Source: Eledone cirrhosa (Eukaryota). From it: 64,000 bases of DNA. The stretch lies in contig OZ024753.1 in the NCBI GenBank assembly GCA_964016885.1, positions 31,000,001-31,064,000 of the forward strand. Direction: 5' to 3'. Both the position numbers and the translations under genes were made by a program. A model generated the notes under the pieces. It was given only the letters and a program-made list of their open reading frames with translations, was not told where the DNA came from and did not search any database. Below, piece after piece: positions 46,334 through 64,000 of this stretch. The first letter of the stretch is position 1; each line of letters starts with the position of its first letter.

Positions 46334-47590
46334 CTACATTTTAAATTTAAATTTATATTTAAACGTTGAGTTTAATCTATGTTTGCAACAACTGAATAAA
46401 TTTGTCCGTAGGTTAAGGGAATTTTTAGATTTTAGTATAAAGAATATCTCCTCTGCGCAGAGGTCACATGTCTCAGAGGATGAATTAAAAGGAATCCCTC
46501 TTGAGACTATATTCCAAGCCGTCGAATATCTAACGTTATCTAGCTTAAGTTGCCAGAGTACACCTGATAGTGCCGTTGAAGATTTTTTATTTGGATCTGT
46601 GAAAGAATTCTTGTGGTTATTATAGCGAAGTTTAAATTCCGTCGATGTGGAACCGACGTAGTTAAAAGAATTAGAGTCAGTATTAACATTACAATTGTAT
46701 ACTATATTTTTAACTAAGCAGTTGTTATTTAACGGACATTTAGATCTATCTCTACAGTTGCATTTGTTAACTTGTATATTATTTATGCTATTATCAGTAG
46801 TTTTTAAGTTCCTATTATTTATTCTATTAATATTTTGTGCTAAATTTTTGGTGGATGAATAGGTTAATTTAATTGTATGCCTATTGAAGATTGAGTGGTA
46901 CCTATGTGTTCTAGGGAAGCGATTATCAAGAGCTTTGAAAAATAATTTAGCGATGTGGGTTTTAATGTTTAGTGAGAAAGGGGGGGCAAACCAAATTATG
47001 TTCCTAGTTCTATTTCTTTTTTGTCCTTTGGAATTATTGTAATGCTTTCTATTATAGTTGTTAATGTTGTTGCCATAATTAAAAAAGTTGTTACTTTGTT
47101 TAGTTTGTTTATCATTATCTATGTACACAATCTTATCAGCATACCCTGCCCTAGCTAGTGCATCATTATAGTATTGGGCCTTTTCGTCAAAAATCTTTCT
47201 ATTCGACGAGATCCTAGAGATACGCTTTTGGACTGAGTTTACTATAGTGTTTTTGACAGATCTGGGGTGGTTAGAGTTAAAGTTGACATAGTTTAAGTTT
47301 TCATTCAACTTGTGAAAAGGATAGTGGAGACATGTGTTGAGATTTAATGTTATATCTAGGAAATTGACTATTCTATGGTTGTTCTCAATTTCTATTTTAA
47401 GGTTAAAGTAATTAAAAAATTTTGTAATTTGTTTACATTTTCTATTTAGTTCAGGGTTATTATTATTAATGAGTAAAAGCATGTCATCCCTATATAAACC
47501 TCCGGTAGTACCAGGTATTTTCCTATGTAGCGAATTGATTAAAAATAAGCCCACAAGGTCAGTTACTTGAGCTGAGTCGGAAGATCCCAT
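46334..47590 (-). pseudogene. 5'-truncated Naiad-like ORF (starts inside the RT)
   Basis: Identical to the C-terminal 418 aa of the full ORF; truncated at the inversion junction. Confidence 0.9.
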
Positions 47591-49166
47591 TCTTGACAGG
47601 GTGATACTGCAAATTAAGAACTTGGATTATGTATCTAACCTGAGCTTGTGGAAGGGAACCGGAGAGGTTGTTGAGTGGTTTAGGCAAATTAAATATGACA
47701 ATAATAATAGGTTTATTCAACTTGATATAGCTAACTATTATTCTTCTATTACCCCTAGTCTACTAAATAAGGCACTAAATTACGCATTCAAACATACGGA
47801 CCTAACTAGCAAAGAAATGCATATTATATTATCGGCTAGGAAAACTTTGATAGAATTTGATGACAAATTATGGACCAGAGCAGATAGAGATAGCAATTTT
47901 GACATAACTATGGGATCTTCCGACTCAGCTCAAGTAACTGACCTTGTGGGCTTATTTTTAATCAATTCGCTACATAGGAAAATACCTGGTACTACCGGAG
48001 GTTTATATAGGGATGACATGCTTTTACTCATTAATAATAATAACCCTGAACTAAATAGAAAATGTAAACAAATTACAAAATTTTTTAATTACTTTAACCT
48101 TAAAATAGAAATTGAGAACAACCATAGAATAGTCAATTTCCTAGATATAACATTAAATCTCAACACATGTCTCCACTATCCTTTTCACAAGTTGAATGAA
48201 AACTTAAACTATGTCAACTTTAACTCTAACCACCCCAGATCTGTCAAAAACACTATAGTAAACTCAGTCCAAAAGCGTATCTCTAGGATCTCGTCGAATA
48301 GAAAGATTTTTGACGAAAAGGCCCAATACTATAATGATGCACTAGCTAGGGCAGGGTATGCTGATAAGATTGTGTACATAGATAATGATAAACAAACTAA
48401 ACAAAGTAACAACTTTTTTAATTATGGCAACAACATTAACAACTATAATAGAAAGCATTACAATAATTCCAAAGGACAAAAAAGAAATAGAACTAGGAAC
48501 ATAATTTGGTTTGCCCCCCCTTTCTCACTAAACATTAAAACCCACATCGCTAAATTATTTTTCAAAGCTCTTGATAATCGCTTCCCTAGAACACATAGGT
48601 ACCACTCAATCTTCAATAGGCATACAATTAAATTAACCTATTCATCCACCAAAAATTTAGCACAAAATATTAATAGAATAAATAATAGGAACTTAAAAAC
48701 TACTGATAATAGCATAAATAATATACAAGTTAACAAATGCAACTGTAGAGATAGATCTAAATGTCCGTTAAATAACAACTGCTTAGTTAAAAATATAGTA
48801 TACAATTGTAATGTTAATACTGACTCTAATTCTTTTAACTACGTCGGTTCCACATCGACGGAATTTAAACTTCGCTATAATAACCACAAGAATTCTTTCA
48901 CAGATCCAAATAAAAAATCTTCAACGGCACTATCAGGTGTACTCTGGCAACTTAAGCTAGATAACGTTAGATATTCGACGGCTTGGAATATAGTCTCAAG
49001 AGGGATTCCTTTTAATTCATCCTCTGAGACATGTGACCTCTGCGCAGAGGAGATATTCTTTATACTAAAATCTAAAAATTCCCTTAACCTACGGACAAAT
49101 TTATTCAGTTGTTGCAAACATAGATTAAACTCAACGTTTAAATATAAATTTAAATTTAAAATGTAG
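47588..49166 (+). pseudogene. 5'-truncated Naiad-like ORF, inverted
   Basis: Identical to the C-terminal ~525 aa of the full ORF; begins at the junction CAT. Confidence 0.9.
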
Positions 49167-50273
49167 TATATTTAGTTTGACTTATATTTATATGAGAACT
49201 AGCCGATAAATCTTTTGATTCCTAAATCTTTGATTCCCTCTTTTTACTGTTTATTTTATTGTATTTATTTTTATTTTTATTGTATTTATTTTTATTTTTA
49301 TTTTTATTTTTATTTTTATCTAAACATTCCTCATGAAAAATTAAGCTACCCTAAAAGCCGATGCTCCAAATTTTATGAATTAACCTTACACTTGATAAAC
49401 TTATATATTAAATATAGGAACATATGTAGACATTATTGGACATCATAACCTTTTTTTTGCGATATTCCTTGCTAGATGTGATTTGATAGATAATTTTTGG
49501 CTTTGTCTTGTAGTGAACTTGGCAATATATTGTCAATTAACCTTGAAGGGTTGTTCTTTGTGGTTTATTTTTTATTTTTATTTTTATTTTTATTTTTATT
49601 TTTATTTTTATTTTTATTCTTTTAGTATTGTAGTATTCTATAATATTTTTATATTTTTATTTTTTATTTTTTATTTTATTTTATTTTTATTTTTAATATT
49701 TTTATATGTAAAGTTTTAATACGTAATAATTTTAAAACATAGTATTTTTAATATGCAATATTTTTATTATGTAATATTCTTTCGTAATATTCTTTTTTAG
49801 TTTTCTATTCTATATTTTTATATTTTTATATATTTTTACTTATTATCATTATTATTGTTATCTCTGCTTATAATATAATATATATTTTCGATTAGTATAT
49901 TGAAATCTGCTCTCTATTTCTGCTTGATAGATAATCTTGTAGAGTAATCGCAAGAATAATAATACGCTCAAATGTTTATACCACATTGAGAATGTTTTCC
50001 GGTAACTTTGAATTTGCGGAGTGAATCAGTTGGATTCACATAGACATATGAATTTTTTAAAAAACTAAACATAAGATAATGAATTTTCACGCATTGTGAA
50101 TACTTGTTTCATTCAGGAATACTGATATTTACAATATAGTGTAAGTTTTATAAATACTAATACATTAAAACATAGGGTTTTCTACGCCTCGAATATGTCT
50201 GGCTATTTTTAAATTTTTCTCTCTCTATATCTCTCTATATCTCTCTATATCTCCCTTACATTAATACTTGAGC

Positions 50274-50308
<35 letters not shown>

Positions 50309-50671
50309 ATGCATCATTGATACACTTACTCAAAATGACCTCCCACTACCTAATTTTTCTATATCTATATTTATATATGTATCTATCTCTATTTCCTCTC
50401 TCTATATATATATATATATCTCTTTCGGTCTCTTTACATGAAGCTCTTCGCTTTATCTATTTTTCCATCTCTCTATTTTGTCCCATGCATTTCTTCTTTT
50501 TCTTCTTTTTCTTCCTTTTCTTCGTTTCGTCTTTCTTTCTTTCTTATTTCCCTCTTTTCTCTCTCTCTTTCTTTCTCTCTGTATTTTCACTGCTAGAGTG
50601 AACCTCTTCAAATGAAGTTGATGTTTATTACGGTATGTCGAATATATTTATCTATAAAACTGTTTATATTG

Positions 50672-50737
50672 TATTTTGTCTGATGAAGGCATAGCATATT
50701 GTTAATATGATATCCCCGAAATATATATAATGAAATA
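50672..50737 (+). ncRNA. Hammerhead ribozyme in the Naiad pseudo-LTR
   Basis: tattttgt-CTGATGA-agg..catatt/aatatg..ccc-GAAA-tatata-TA-atgaaata; 180 nt upstream of the next ORF start. Confidence 0.8.
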
Positions 50738-50916
50738 AATATGGTTTTATAAATATAGTTTTCCATTTATTTAATATTGTAAATATACTCCAAGTATTTG
50801 TCGAGTGCTTTTATATCAGTTATAAATATTTACTAGTTGTAACCCAACAATTTTAAATATAACTTTACATGTTTCTTGCTCCAATACTGTTGAGCGCTTT
50901 ATATTATAACTGAAAA

Positions 50917-53130
50917 ATGGAATTCTTTAAGATTACTTCCTCTCTAAAAGACATACCTCTACCTAGAAACAAAGACTTTGTAAAACAACTAATAGATAAA
51001 TCTGACTCTTTTATAAGGAGAATCAGGTGGCGTGCATTCCACTTTGATAAATTTAATGCAGACGAAAATATCTCGGACTTAAACAAAGTTTTCAAATCTA
51101 AAAGAAATCCACCCCCTAACAAACTTTTATCTGACTTTGAAAACGATATAATTTCTATCATACAAGGGGTCAAATTCAAGAGAAACTTTAAAGGCCAGGA
51201 ATATCTGAAAGGCATTAAGGATAACATTGAGAGCTTAGAGAAAACTGAGAAGATCTTGGTGAAATCTGACAAGACCAACAACCTCTATGGAGTGCAGAAA
51301 GACATGTATAATGGCCTCATACTGAAAGAGCTGAGGAAAAAATACAAGGTAGCAGATAAGACCGAACTTGTGAAAATGAATGTTGAAGCATCTTGTATAA
51401 TGCATGAGTTGGAAATTGAGAACAGAACACAACCTTTTGTGCCCAGGAAACCGAAGATCAATATGAAGGACCACAAGAGGAATTTTGAGATTGACCTGCC
51501 AGTTAGATTAATCGCACCTTCAAAATCGGACCTGGGCAAATTAAGCAAAAACATTCTTGACAGGGTGATACTGCAAATTAAGAACTTGGATTATGTATCT
51601 AACCTGAGCTTGTGGAAGGGAACCGGAGAGGTTGTTGAGTGGTTTAGGCAAATTAAATATGACAATAATAATAGGTTTATTCAACTTGATATAGCTAACT
51701 ATTATTCTTCTATTACCCCTAGTCTACTAAATAAGGCACTAAATTACGCATTCAAACATACGGACCTAACTAGCAAAGAAATGCATATTATATTATCGGC
51801 TAGGAAAACTTTGATAGAATTTGATGACAAATTATGGACCAGAGCAGATAGAGATAGCAATTTTGACATAACTATGGGATCTTCCGACTCAGCTCAAGTA
51901 ACTGACCTTGTGGGCTTATTTTTAATCAATTCGCTACATAGGAAAATACCTGGTACTACCGGAGGTTTATATAGGGATGACATGCTTTTACTCATTAATA
52001 ATAATAACCCTGAACTAAATAGAAAATGTAAACAAATTACAAAATTTTTTAATTACTTTAACCTTAAAATAGAAATTGAGAACAACCATAGAATAGTCAA
52101 TTTCCTAGATATAACATTAAATCTCAACACATGTCTCCACTATCCTTTTCACAAGTTGAATGAAAACTTAAACTATGTCAACTTTAACTCTAACCACCCC
52201 AGATCTGTCAAAAACACTATAGTAAACTCAGTCCAAAAGCGTATCTCTAGGATCTCGTCGAATAGAAAGATTTTTGACGAAAAGGCCCAATACTATAATG
52301 ATGCACTAGCTAGGGCAGGGTATGCTGATAAGATTGTGTACATAGATAATGATAAACAAACTAAACAAAGTAACAACTTTTTTAATTATGGCAACAACAT
52401 TAACAACTATAATAGAAAGCATTACAATAATTCCAAAGGACAAAAAAGAAATAGAACTAGGAACATAATTTGGTTTGCCCCCCCTTTCTCACTAAACATT
52501 AAAACCCACATCGCTAAATTATTTTTCAAAGCTCTTGATAATCGCTTCCCTAGAACACATAGGTACCACTCAATCTTCAATAGGCATACAATTAAATTAA
52601 CCTATTCATCCACCAAAAATTTAGCACAAAATATTAATAGAATAAATAATAGGAACTTAAAAACTACTGATAATAGCATAAATAATATACAAGTTAACAA
52701 ATGCAACTGTAGAGATAGATCTAAATGTCCGTTAAATAACAACTGCTTAGTTAAAAATATAGTATACAATTGTAATGTTAATACTGACTCTAATTCTTTT
52801 AACTACGTCGGTTCCACATCGACGGAATTTAAACTTCGCTATAATAACCACAAGAATTCTTTCACAGATCCAAATAAAAAATCTTCAACGGCACTATCAG
52901 GTGTACTCTGGCAACTTAAGCTAGATAACGTTAGATATTCGACGGCTTGGAATATAGTCTCAAGAGGGATTCCTTTTAATTCATCCTCTGAGACATGTGA
53001 CCTCTGCGCAGAGGAGATATTCTTTATACTAAAATCTAAAAATTCCCTTAACCTACGGACAAATTTATTCAGTTGTTGCAAACATAGATTAAACTCAACG
53101 TTTAAATATAAATTTAAATTTAAAATGTAG
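50917..53130 (+). CDS. Naiad-like PLE protein, 737 aa, intact
   Basis: Same as 42370-44583 except KVADK vs KVTDK (position 51352). Confidence 0.92.
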   Translation: MEFFKITSSLKDIPLPRNKDFVKQLIDKSDSFIRRIRWRAFHFDKFNADENISDLNKVFKSKRNPPPNKLLSDFENDIISIIQGVKFKRNFKGQEYLKGIKDNIESLEKTEKILVKSDKTNNLYGVQKDMYNGLILKELRKKYKVADKTELVKMNVEASCIMHELEIENRTQPFVPRKPKINMKDHKRNFEIDLPVRLIAPSKSDLGKLSKNILDRVILQIKNLDYVSNLSLWKGTGEVVEWFRQIKYDNNNRFIQLDIANYYSSITPSLLNKALNYAFKHTDLTSKEMHIILSARKTLIEFDDKLWTRADRDSNFDITMGSSDSAQVTDLVGLFLINSLHRKIPGTTGGLYRDDMLLLINNNNPELNRKCKQITKFFNYFNLKIEIENNHRIVNFLDITLNLNTCLHYPFHKLNENLNYVNFNSNHPRSVKNTIVNSVQKRISRISSNRKIFDEKAQYYNDALARAGYADKIVYIDNDKQTKQSNNFFNYGNNINNYNRKHYNNSKGQKRNRTRNIIWFAPPFSLNIKTHIAKLFFKALDNRFPRTHRYHSIFNRHTIKLTYSSTKNLAQNINRINNRNLKTTDNSINNIQVNKCNCRDRSKCPLNNNCLVKNIVYNCNVNTDSNSFNYVGSTSTEFKLRYNNHKNSFTDPNKKSSTALSGVLWQLKLDNVRYSTAWNIVSRGIPFNSSSETCDLCAEEIFFILKSKNSLNLRTNLFSCCKHRLNSTFKYKFKFKM

Positions 53131-53985
53131 TATATTTAGTTTGATTTATATTTATATGAGAACTAGCCGATAAATCTTTTGATTCCTAAATCTTTGATTC
53201 CCTCTTTTTACTGTTTATTTTATTGTATTTATTTTTATTTTTATTGTATTTATTTTTATTTTTATTTTTATTTTTATTTTTATCTAAACATTCCTCATGA
53301 AAAATTAAGCTACCCTAAAAGCCGATGCTCCAAATTTTATGAATTAACCTTACACTTGATAAACTTATATATTAAATATAGGAACATATGTAGACATTAT
53401 TGGACATCATAACCTTTTTTTTTTTTTGCGATATTCCTTGCTAGATGTGATTTGATAGATAATTTTTGGCTTTGTCTTGTAGTGAACTTGGCAATATATT
53501 GTCAATTAACCTTGAAGGGTTGTTCTTTGTGGTTTATTTTTTATTTTTATTTTTATTTTTATTTTTATTTTTATTTTTATTTTTATTCTTTTAGTATTGT
53601 AGTATTCTATAATATTTTTATATTTTTATTTTTTATTTTTTATTTTATTTTATTTTTATTTTTAATATTTTTATATGTAAAGTTTTAATACGTAATAATT
53701 TTAAAACATAGTATTTTTAATATGCAATATTTTTATTATGTAATATTCTTTCGTAATATTCTTTTTTAGTTTTCTATTCTATATTTTTATATTTTTATAT
53801 ATTTTTACTTATTATCATTATTATTGTTATCTCTGCTTATAATATAATATATATTTTCGATTAGTATATTGAAATCTGCTCTCTATTTCTGCTTGATAGA
53901 TAATCTTGTAGAGTAATCGCAAGAATAATAATACGCTCAAATGTTTATACCACATTGAGAATGTTTTCCGGTAACTTTGAATTTG

Positions 53986-54185
53986 NNNNNNNNNNNNNNN
54001 NNNNNNNNNNNNNNNNNNNNNNNNNNNNNNNNNNNNNNNNNNNNNNNNNNNNNNNNNNNNNNNNNNNNNNNNNNNNNNNNNNNNNNNNNNNNNNNNNNNN
54101 NNNNNNNNNNNNNNNNNNNNNNNNNNNNNNNNNNNNNNNNNNNNNNNNNNNNNNNNNNNNNNNNNNNNNNNNNNNNNNNNNNNNN
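53986..54185. other. Assembly gap (200 N)
   Basis: Run of N. Confidence 1.
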
Positions 54186-54300
54186 GCGAAGTTAACCACG
54201 CCGGGATTTGAACTCAGATTATAAACGGCCGTAAAGTTTATGATTTGAGTTCAAATCCTGCTGAGGTTAACTTTGCCTTTCATCCTTATGAGGTCGATAA
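54186..54300. mobile_element. Two inverted partial SINE copies (6225 family)
   Basis: aagttaacc..gggatttgaactcaga then tgagttcaaatcctgctgaggttaactttgcc. Confidence 0.65.
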
Positions 54301-54748
54301 TGTAAATCAATATCTACACATATAAGCGCGCCCACGTTGTTACACTCATGCACGCTTATATATGTGCATGCATGGAGACACACATATATGAACACACATA
54401 TATGCCTGCACGCATACATACGCCGCAGTTACTTCGGTAGATACATATCTATTTATCCAGCTGTAGCAACCGTGACAAATGTGTTCGTCCAAGCATGAGA
54501 TCTCTATTTAACACCACACAGCGTCGTTGGTTTCTCCATTATGTAAAAACATCTAGAACGGCTTTCGTTTGGTGCATTTGGTCAGTGATATACCAGAATA
54601 ATACGGTTCTTCGAAGAACAAAGCTCAGAGCCGAGACATTTTCCAGATAAGTTCTTATACACAGGTAAGGTATAAATTAAAGCACCCACATTTCTATAGA
54701 TAATACATATACATTCATACACACATGTATGTGAGTATATATATATAT

Positions 54749-54814
<66 letters not shown>

Positions 54815-54815
54815 T

Positions 54816-54847
<32 letters not shown>

Positions 54848-55178
54848 CACATACACACACATATATATGTGTATATATATATATATATACGCATACACAT
54901 ACATATATGTATATATACATACATAGATGCTTATATATATATATATGTATATATACATACATACATGCTTATATATGTATATATATAAGCATACATACAT
55001 ACATGCTTATATATATATATATATATATATAAACATATATGTATATATATATGTATATACACATACACACATACATGCTTATATATATATATAAACATAT
55101 ATGTATATACACATTCACACATACATGCATATGTATATAAATATATATATATAAGCATACATACATACATGCTTAAAA

Positions 55179-55271
<93 letters not shown>

Positions 55272-55699
55272 AAACATGGAACTACAACAAAACGCTTACA
55301 TTTCTTTTCAGAATAACTCTGCAATTAAAACCAATATAGTTGTGTGATTTTAATTTTTTATTTCCTTATTTGTATTTTTGAATCCCACCCCCACGTCCCT
55401 CCCTACTCAAAAGGTATCCATTTAAATAGTTATTAGTATTTCGTCTAAAATATTACAGCAGAGAACATTGAATCTATTTATGAGGGCGTTGTGGTCGAGA
55501 CCCAAAAGACGGAGTGTGCAAGCCGGACCTGTTCCACAGTTGTGTCTATAGATCTCATGTCTATAGATCTCATGTCATAAGATAATGACTTGGAACTGCA
55601 GATTATAATGACAACCATAGAAGTATGATTGATGTCGTATCACACACACATCATTGATAGCTTCAAGTAGGAGATAACAGGAACCTGGAGTCTATCAAG

Positions 55700-56545
55700 G
55701 AACGGAAGATAACAATAATACATCTCCACTCTTTCACAAATAGAAAACTAAGGCACTCCACTTCGCTCGCGGATTACATCACATCACTAAAGGACTTAAA
55801 CATCAGCTTCTCCACGCACTGGGAGATTGTCGGCAGGGCTGCACGTACAACTTCAAGAGGAAATGCGATCTTTGCCTAATGGAGCTCTACCACATCATAA
55901 CTGCACCCCACGAGCTCATCAACAGCAGAGCTGAAACAACGATAAGTTGTACACATCGCTTAAAAATATCCTTCTTTAGATGGGTTAAGAATGAAGAGTG
56001 AAATAGTACACTGGATCTCCCTGCAACAAGTCTTAACACCCCGGCGGGCAGGCGCAGCAAAATAACACCCAGAAAACAATCTTTGCATACCAGACCCAGC
56101 CTCAGACAAACGGATGCGGCAAAAAAAAAAAAAAAAATTTATCCGGGAAAGACTGCCCTAACACCGGCCAGAGTTACCTCCCTTGACCTGCTGCAAAATC
56201 AAAACAAGATATTTTTGCGAGCAATGAATCTTGATGTAGATTTAACCCCAAAACTCTTTCCGAACTATATAAGGAACACTTGTGATTATTTATGCCCTTG
56301 AGAAGCCCAACTGGGCGAAACGTACGTAGGTGATATTTTAAATAAACATGTTTTAACGGTCTATTCTCCGATTTTTTACTTTCCCACGTGCTTACGCTCT
56401 GCTAACTCTCTAGCCCACTAAATATTAACACTTCGAATATTTAATACTGCCGGCACTAGTATCGAGCACCTTTGGCATACGCTACTTGGCAAATAACTAT
56501 ATGTATCATCTATCCCTCCTTTTTCTCTCTTTCTCGATACGTAAA
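55700..56545 (+). mobile_element. Decayed second Naiad-like PLE (endonuclease C-terminus and 3' UTR)
   Basis: Hand translation HLHSFTNRKLRHSTSLADYITSLKD..STHWEIVGRA, frameshift, KCDLCLMELYHII..INSRAE..SCTHR aligns with the 737-aa C-terminus. Confidence 0.75.
56293..56332 (+). ncRNA. Variant-core hammerhead-like motif (CUUGAGAA)
   Basis: tgcc-CTTGAGAA-gccc-aact-gggc-GAAA-cgtacg-TA-ggtg then AATAAA. Confidence 0.6.
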
Positions 56546-56547
56546 TA

Positions 56548-56568
56548 CTATATATGTATATATATATG

Positions 56569-56644
<76 letters not shown>

Positions 56645-56906
56645 AATATATATGTATATATATGTATGTATATATATATATATATGTATATATGTATATG
56701 TATATATGTATATATATATATGTATATATATATATGTATATGTATATATATGTATGTATGTATATGTATATATATATATGTATATATGTATATGTATATA
56801 TATATGTATATGTATATATGTATATGTATATATGTATATATATGTATATATGTATATATATATATGTATATATGTATATGTATATATATATATGTATATG
56901 TATACA

Positions 56907-56945
<39 letters not shown>

Positions 56946-56950
56946 ATATG

Positions 56951-57024
<74 letters not shown>

Positions 57025-57051
57025 TTGTATATATATATATGTATATATATG

Positions 57052-57083
<32 letters not shown>

Positions 57084-57085
57084 TG

Positions 57086-57127
<42 letters not shown>

Positions 57128-57128
57128 G

Positions 57129-57159
<31 letters not shown>

Positions 57160-57244
57160 GTATATATATATGTATATATATATGTATATATGTATATATA
57201 TATATGTATATATATATGTATATATATATATGTATATATATATG

Positions 57245-57293
<49 letters not shown>

Positions 57294-57334
57294 GTATATA
57301 TGTATATATGTATATATATATATATGTATATATG

Positions 57335-57391
<57 letters not shown>

Positions 57392-57392
57392 G

Positions 57393-57445
<53 letters not shown>

Positions 57446-57766
57446 GTATATATATATATGTATATATATATGTATATATGTATATATGTATATATGTATG
57501 TATATATGTATGTATATATATATGTATATATATATATATATGTATATATATATACATGTATATATGTATATATGTATGTATATATGTATGTATATATATA
57601 TGTATGTATATATATATGTATATATATATATGTATATATATATATGTATATATATATATATGTATGTATATATATATGTATATATATATATATATGTATA
57701 TATATGTATATATATATATATGTATATATATATATCTGTATATATGTATGTATATATGTATATATG

Positions 57767-57797
<31 letters not shown>

Positions 57798-58015
57798 GTA
57801 TATATGTATGTATATATGTATATATGTATATATATATATATATGTATATATGTATATAGTATATATGTATATGTATATATGTATATATGTATATATGTAT
57901 ATGTATATATATATATATGTGTATATATATATATATGTATATATGTATGTATATATATATATGTATATATATATATATGTATATATGTATGTATATATAT
58001 ATGTATATATGTATG

Positions 58016-58047
<32 letters not shown>

Positions 58048-58167
58048 TATATATATGTATATATGTATGTATATATATATATGTATATATATATATGTAT
58101 ATATGTATGTATATATGTATATATATATATATGTAAATATATATATGTATATATGTATGTATATATG

Positions 58168-58262
<95 letters not shown>

Positions 58263-58310
58263 GTATATATATATATATGTATATTATATATATATGTATA
58301 TATATATATG

Positions 58311-58341
<31 letters not shown>

Positions 58342-58443
58342 GTATATATATATATGTGTAATATATATATATGTATATATATATATGTATGTATATATGT
58401 ATGTATATATGTATATATATATATGTATATATATATATGTATG

Positions 58444-58476
<33 letters not shown>

Positions 58477-58674
58477 GTATATATATATATGTATGTATAT
58501 ATGTATGTATATATGTATATATATATGTATATATATATATATGTATATATATATGTATGTATATATATATATATGTATATATATATAAATGTATATATAT
58601 ATGTATATATATATATATGTATATATATATTGGCGACTATATATGTATATATATATATATATGTATATATATAT
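56548..58674. repeat. (TA)n/(TATG)n array
   Basis: Direct reading. Confidence 0.95.
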
Positions 58675-59216
58675 TGGCGACTAAACTGGCAACCCCACCA
58701 AGGTTTCTTGGTGAGGAGGGTGACTTTGGACATCCTGCAGGACTAAAAGCTAAACCTGACAAAGGGCAAAGGAGCTCTTAAGAGTCAATGGCCATCCAAG
58801 ATCACCGGGAGAGATGACCCCTTAGCCTTTGTCAAGGCAGAATTCTAGGAGAAGGAAAACTCTGATATAACACCTGCAACCCTGATGGTATCCAATGATG
58901 TTGACTTGTTCTTCTTTTTGGTAAATATCATCTTGGTTAAGAGAGTGGGACTGGTTGTGTGCAGTGCCTTTGCTCACTATAAAAGTTTCACTGCACAGGC
59001 ATTGCTTTATATCTGGAGACCTCTCTGCACTTGTCGTCACATGGTACCATGCGCCCAGCACTATGTGTCAATAATTGTCACAAGTGTAGTGTTTGTACCA
59101 GAGGTTTCAAGTCGCTGGCTGGACTAAAAAGTCACACTCGTTCAGCGTATCGGTAGGGGTTCTCCTACATGGATATAAAGTAGTGGCCGTACTCGAAAAC
59201 GAGTTGGCAGCCACCA
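58675..59216 (+). mobile_element. Short RTE-like element with zinc-finger remnant and (ATGT)n tail
   Basis: [21 protein letters not shown]; end ggccgtactcgaaaacgagttggcagccacc resembles 8742-8770. Confidence 0.55.

Positions 59217-64000
<4,784 letters not shown>

Larger units (their letters stand above)
40753..53985. mobile_element. Naiad-like PLE array: ~3.96-kb tandem units arranged as a giant palindrome
   Basis: Mirror ORF coordinates sum to 95500; period 3964-3966; 319-bp central spacer; right end lost in the N gap. Confidence 0.92.

Noticed and set aside
44148-51352. Arm differences as A-to-I editing footprints
   Set aside because: Only two of about five observed substitutions across both palindromes are sense A/G; too few to support
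42370-53130. Bacterial retron, group II intron or defence RT
   Set aside because: RT + C-terminal GIY-YIG, HHR pseudo-LTRs and tandem structure are diagnostic of Penelope-like elements, and the context is eukaryotic

Overview
Eukaryotic, very AT- and microsatellite-rich genomic DNA, most likely from an octopod cephalopod (inferred from the SINE/MITE types and a molluscan CYP10-like gene). Bases 2058-13536 carry a complete, manually spliced mitochondrial-clan cytochrome P450 on the minus strand (11 coding exons, 547 aa). The rest of the window is long (TA)n-derived arrays colonised by Penelope-like retroelements (PLEs). These are a Neptune-like element arranged as a 4.9-kb head-to-head palindrome, a Naiad-like element (intact 737-aa RT + GIY-YIG ORF) arranged as a palindrome of tandem copies over 13 kb that runs into an assembly gap, a decayed second Naiad, and many short non-coding islands carrying hammerhead ribozyme (HHR) motifs. 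One architecture recurs across unrelated families and over a 100-fold size range: two inverted 3'-end-bearing arms joined at their 5'-truncated ends, usually with a 45-95 nt tail on only one arm, sitting in (TA)n. Almost all long ORFs in the supplied track are translations of microsatellites and are not genes. Family names come from recalled motifs, not database searches.
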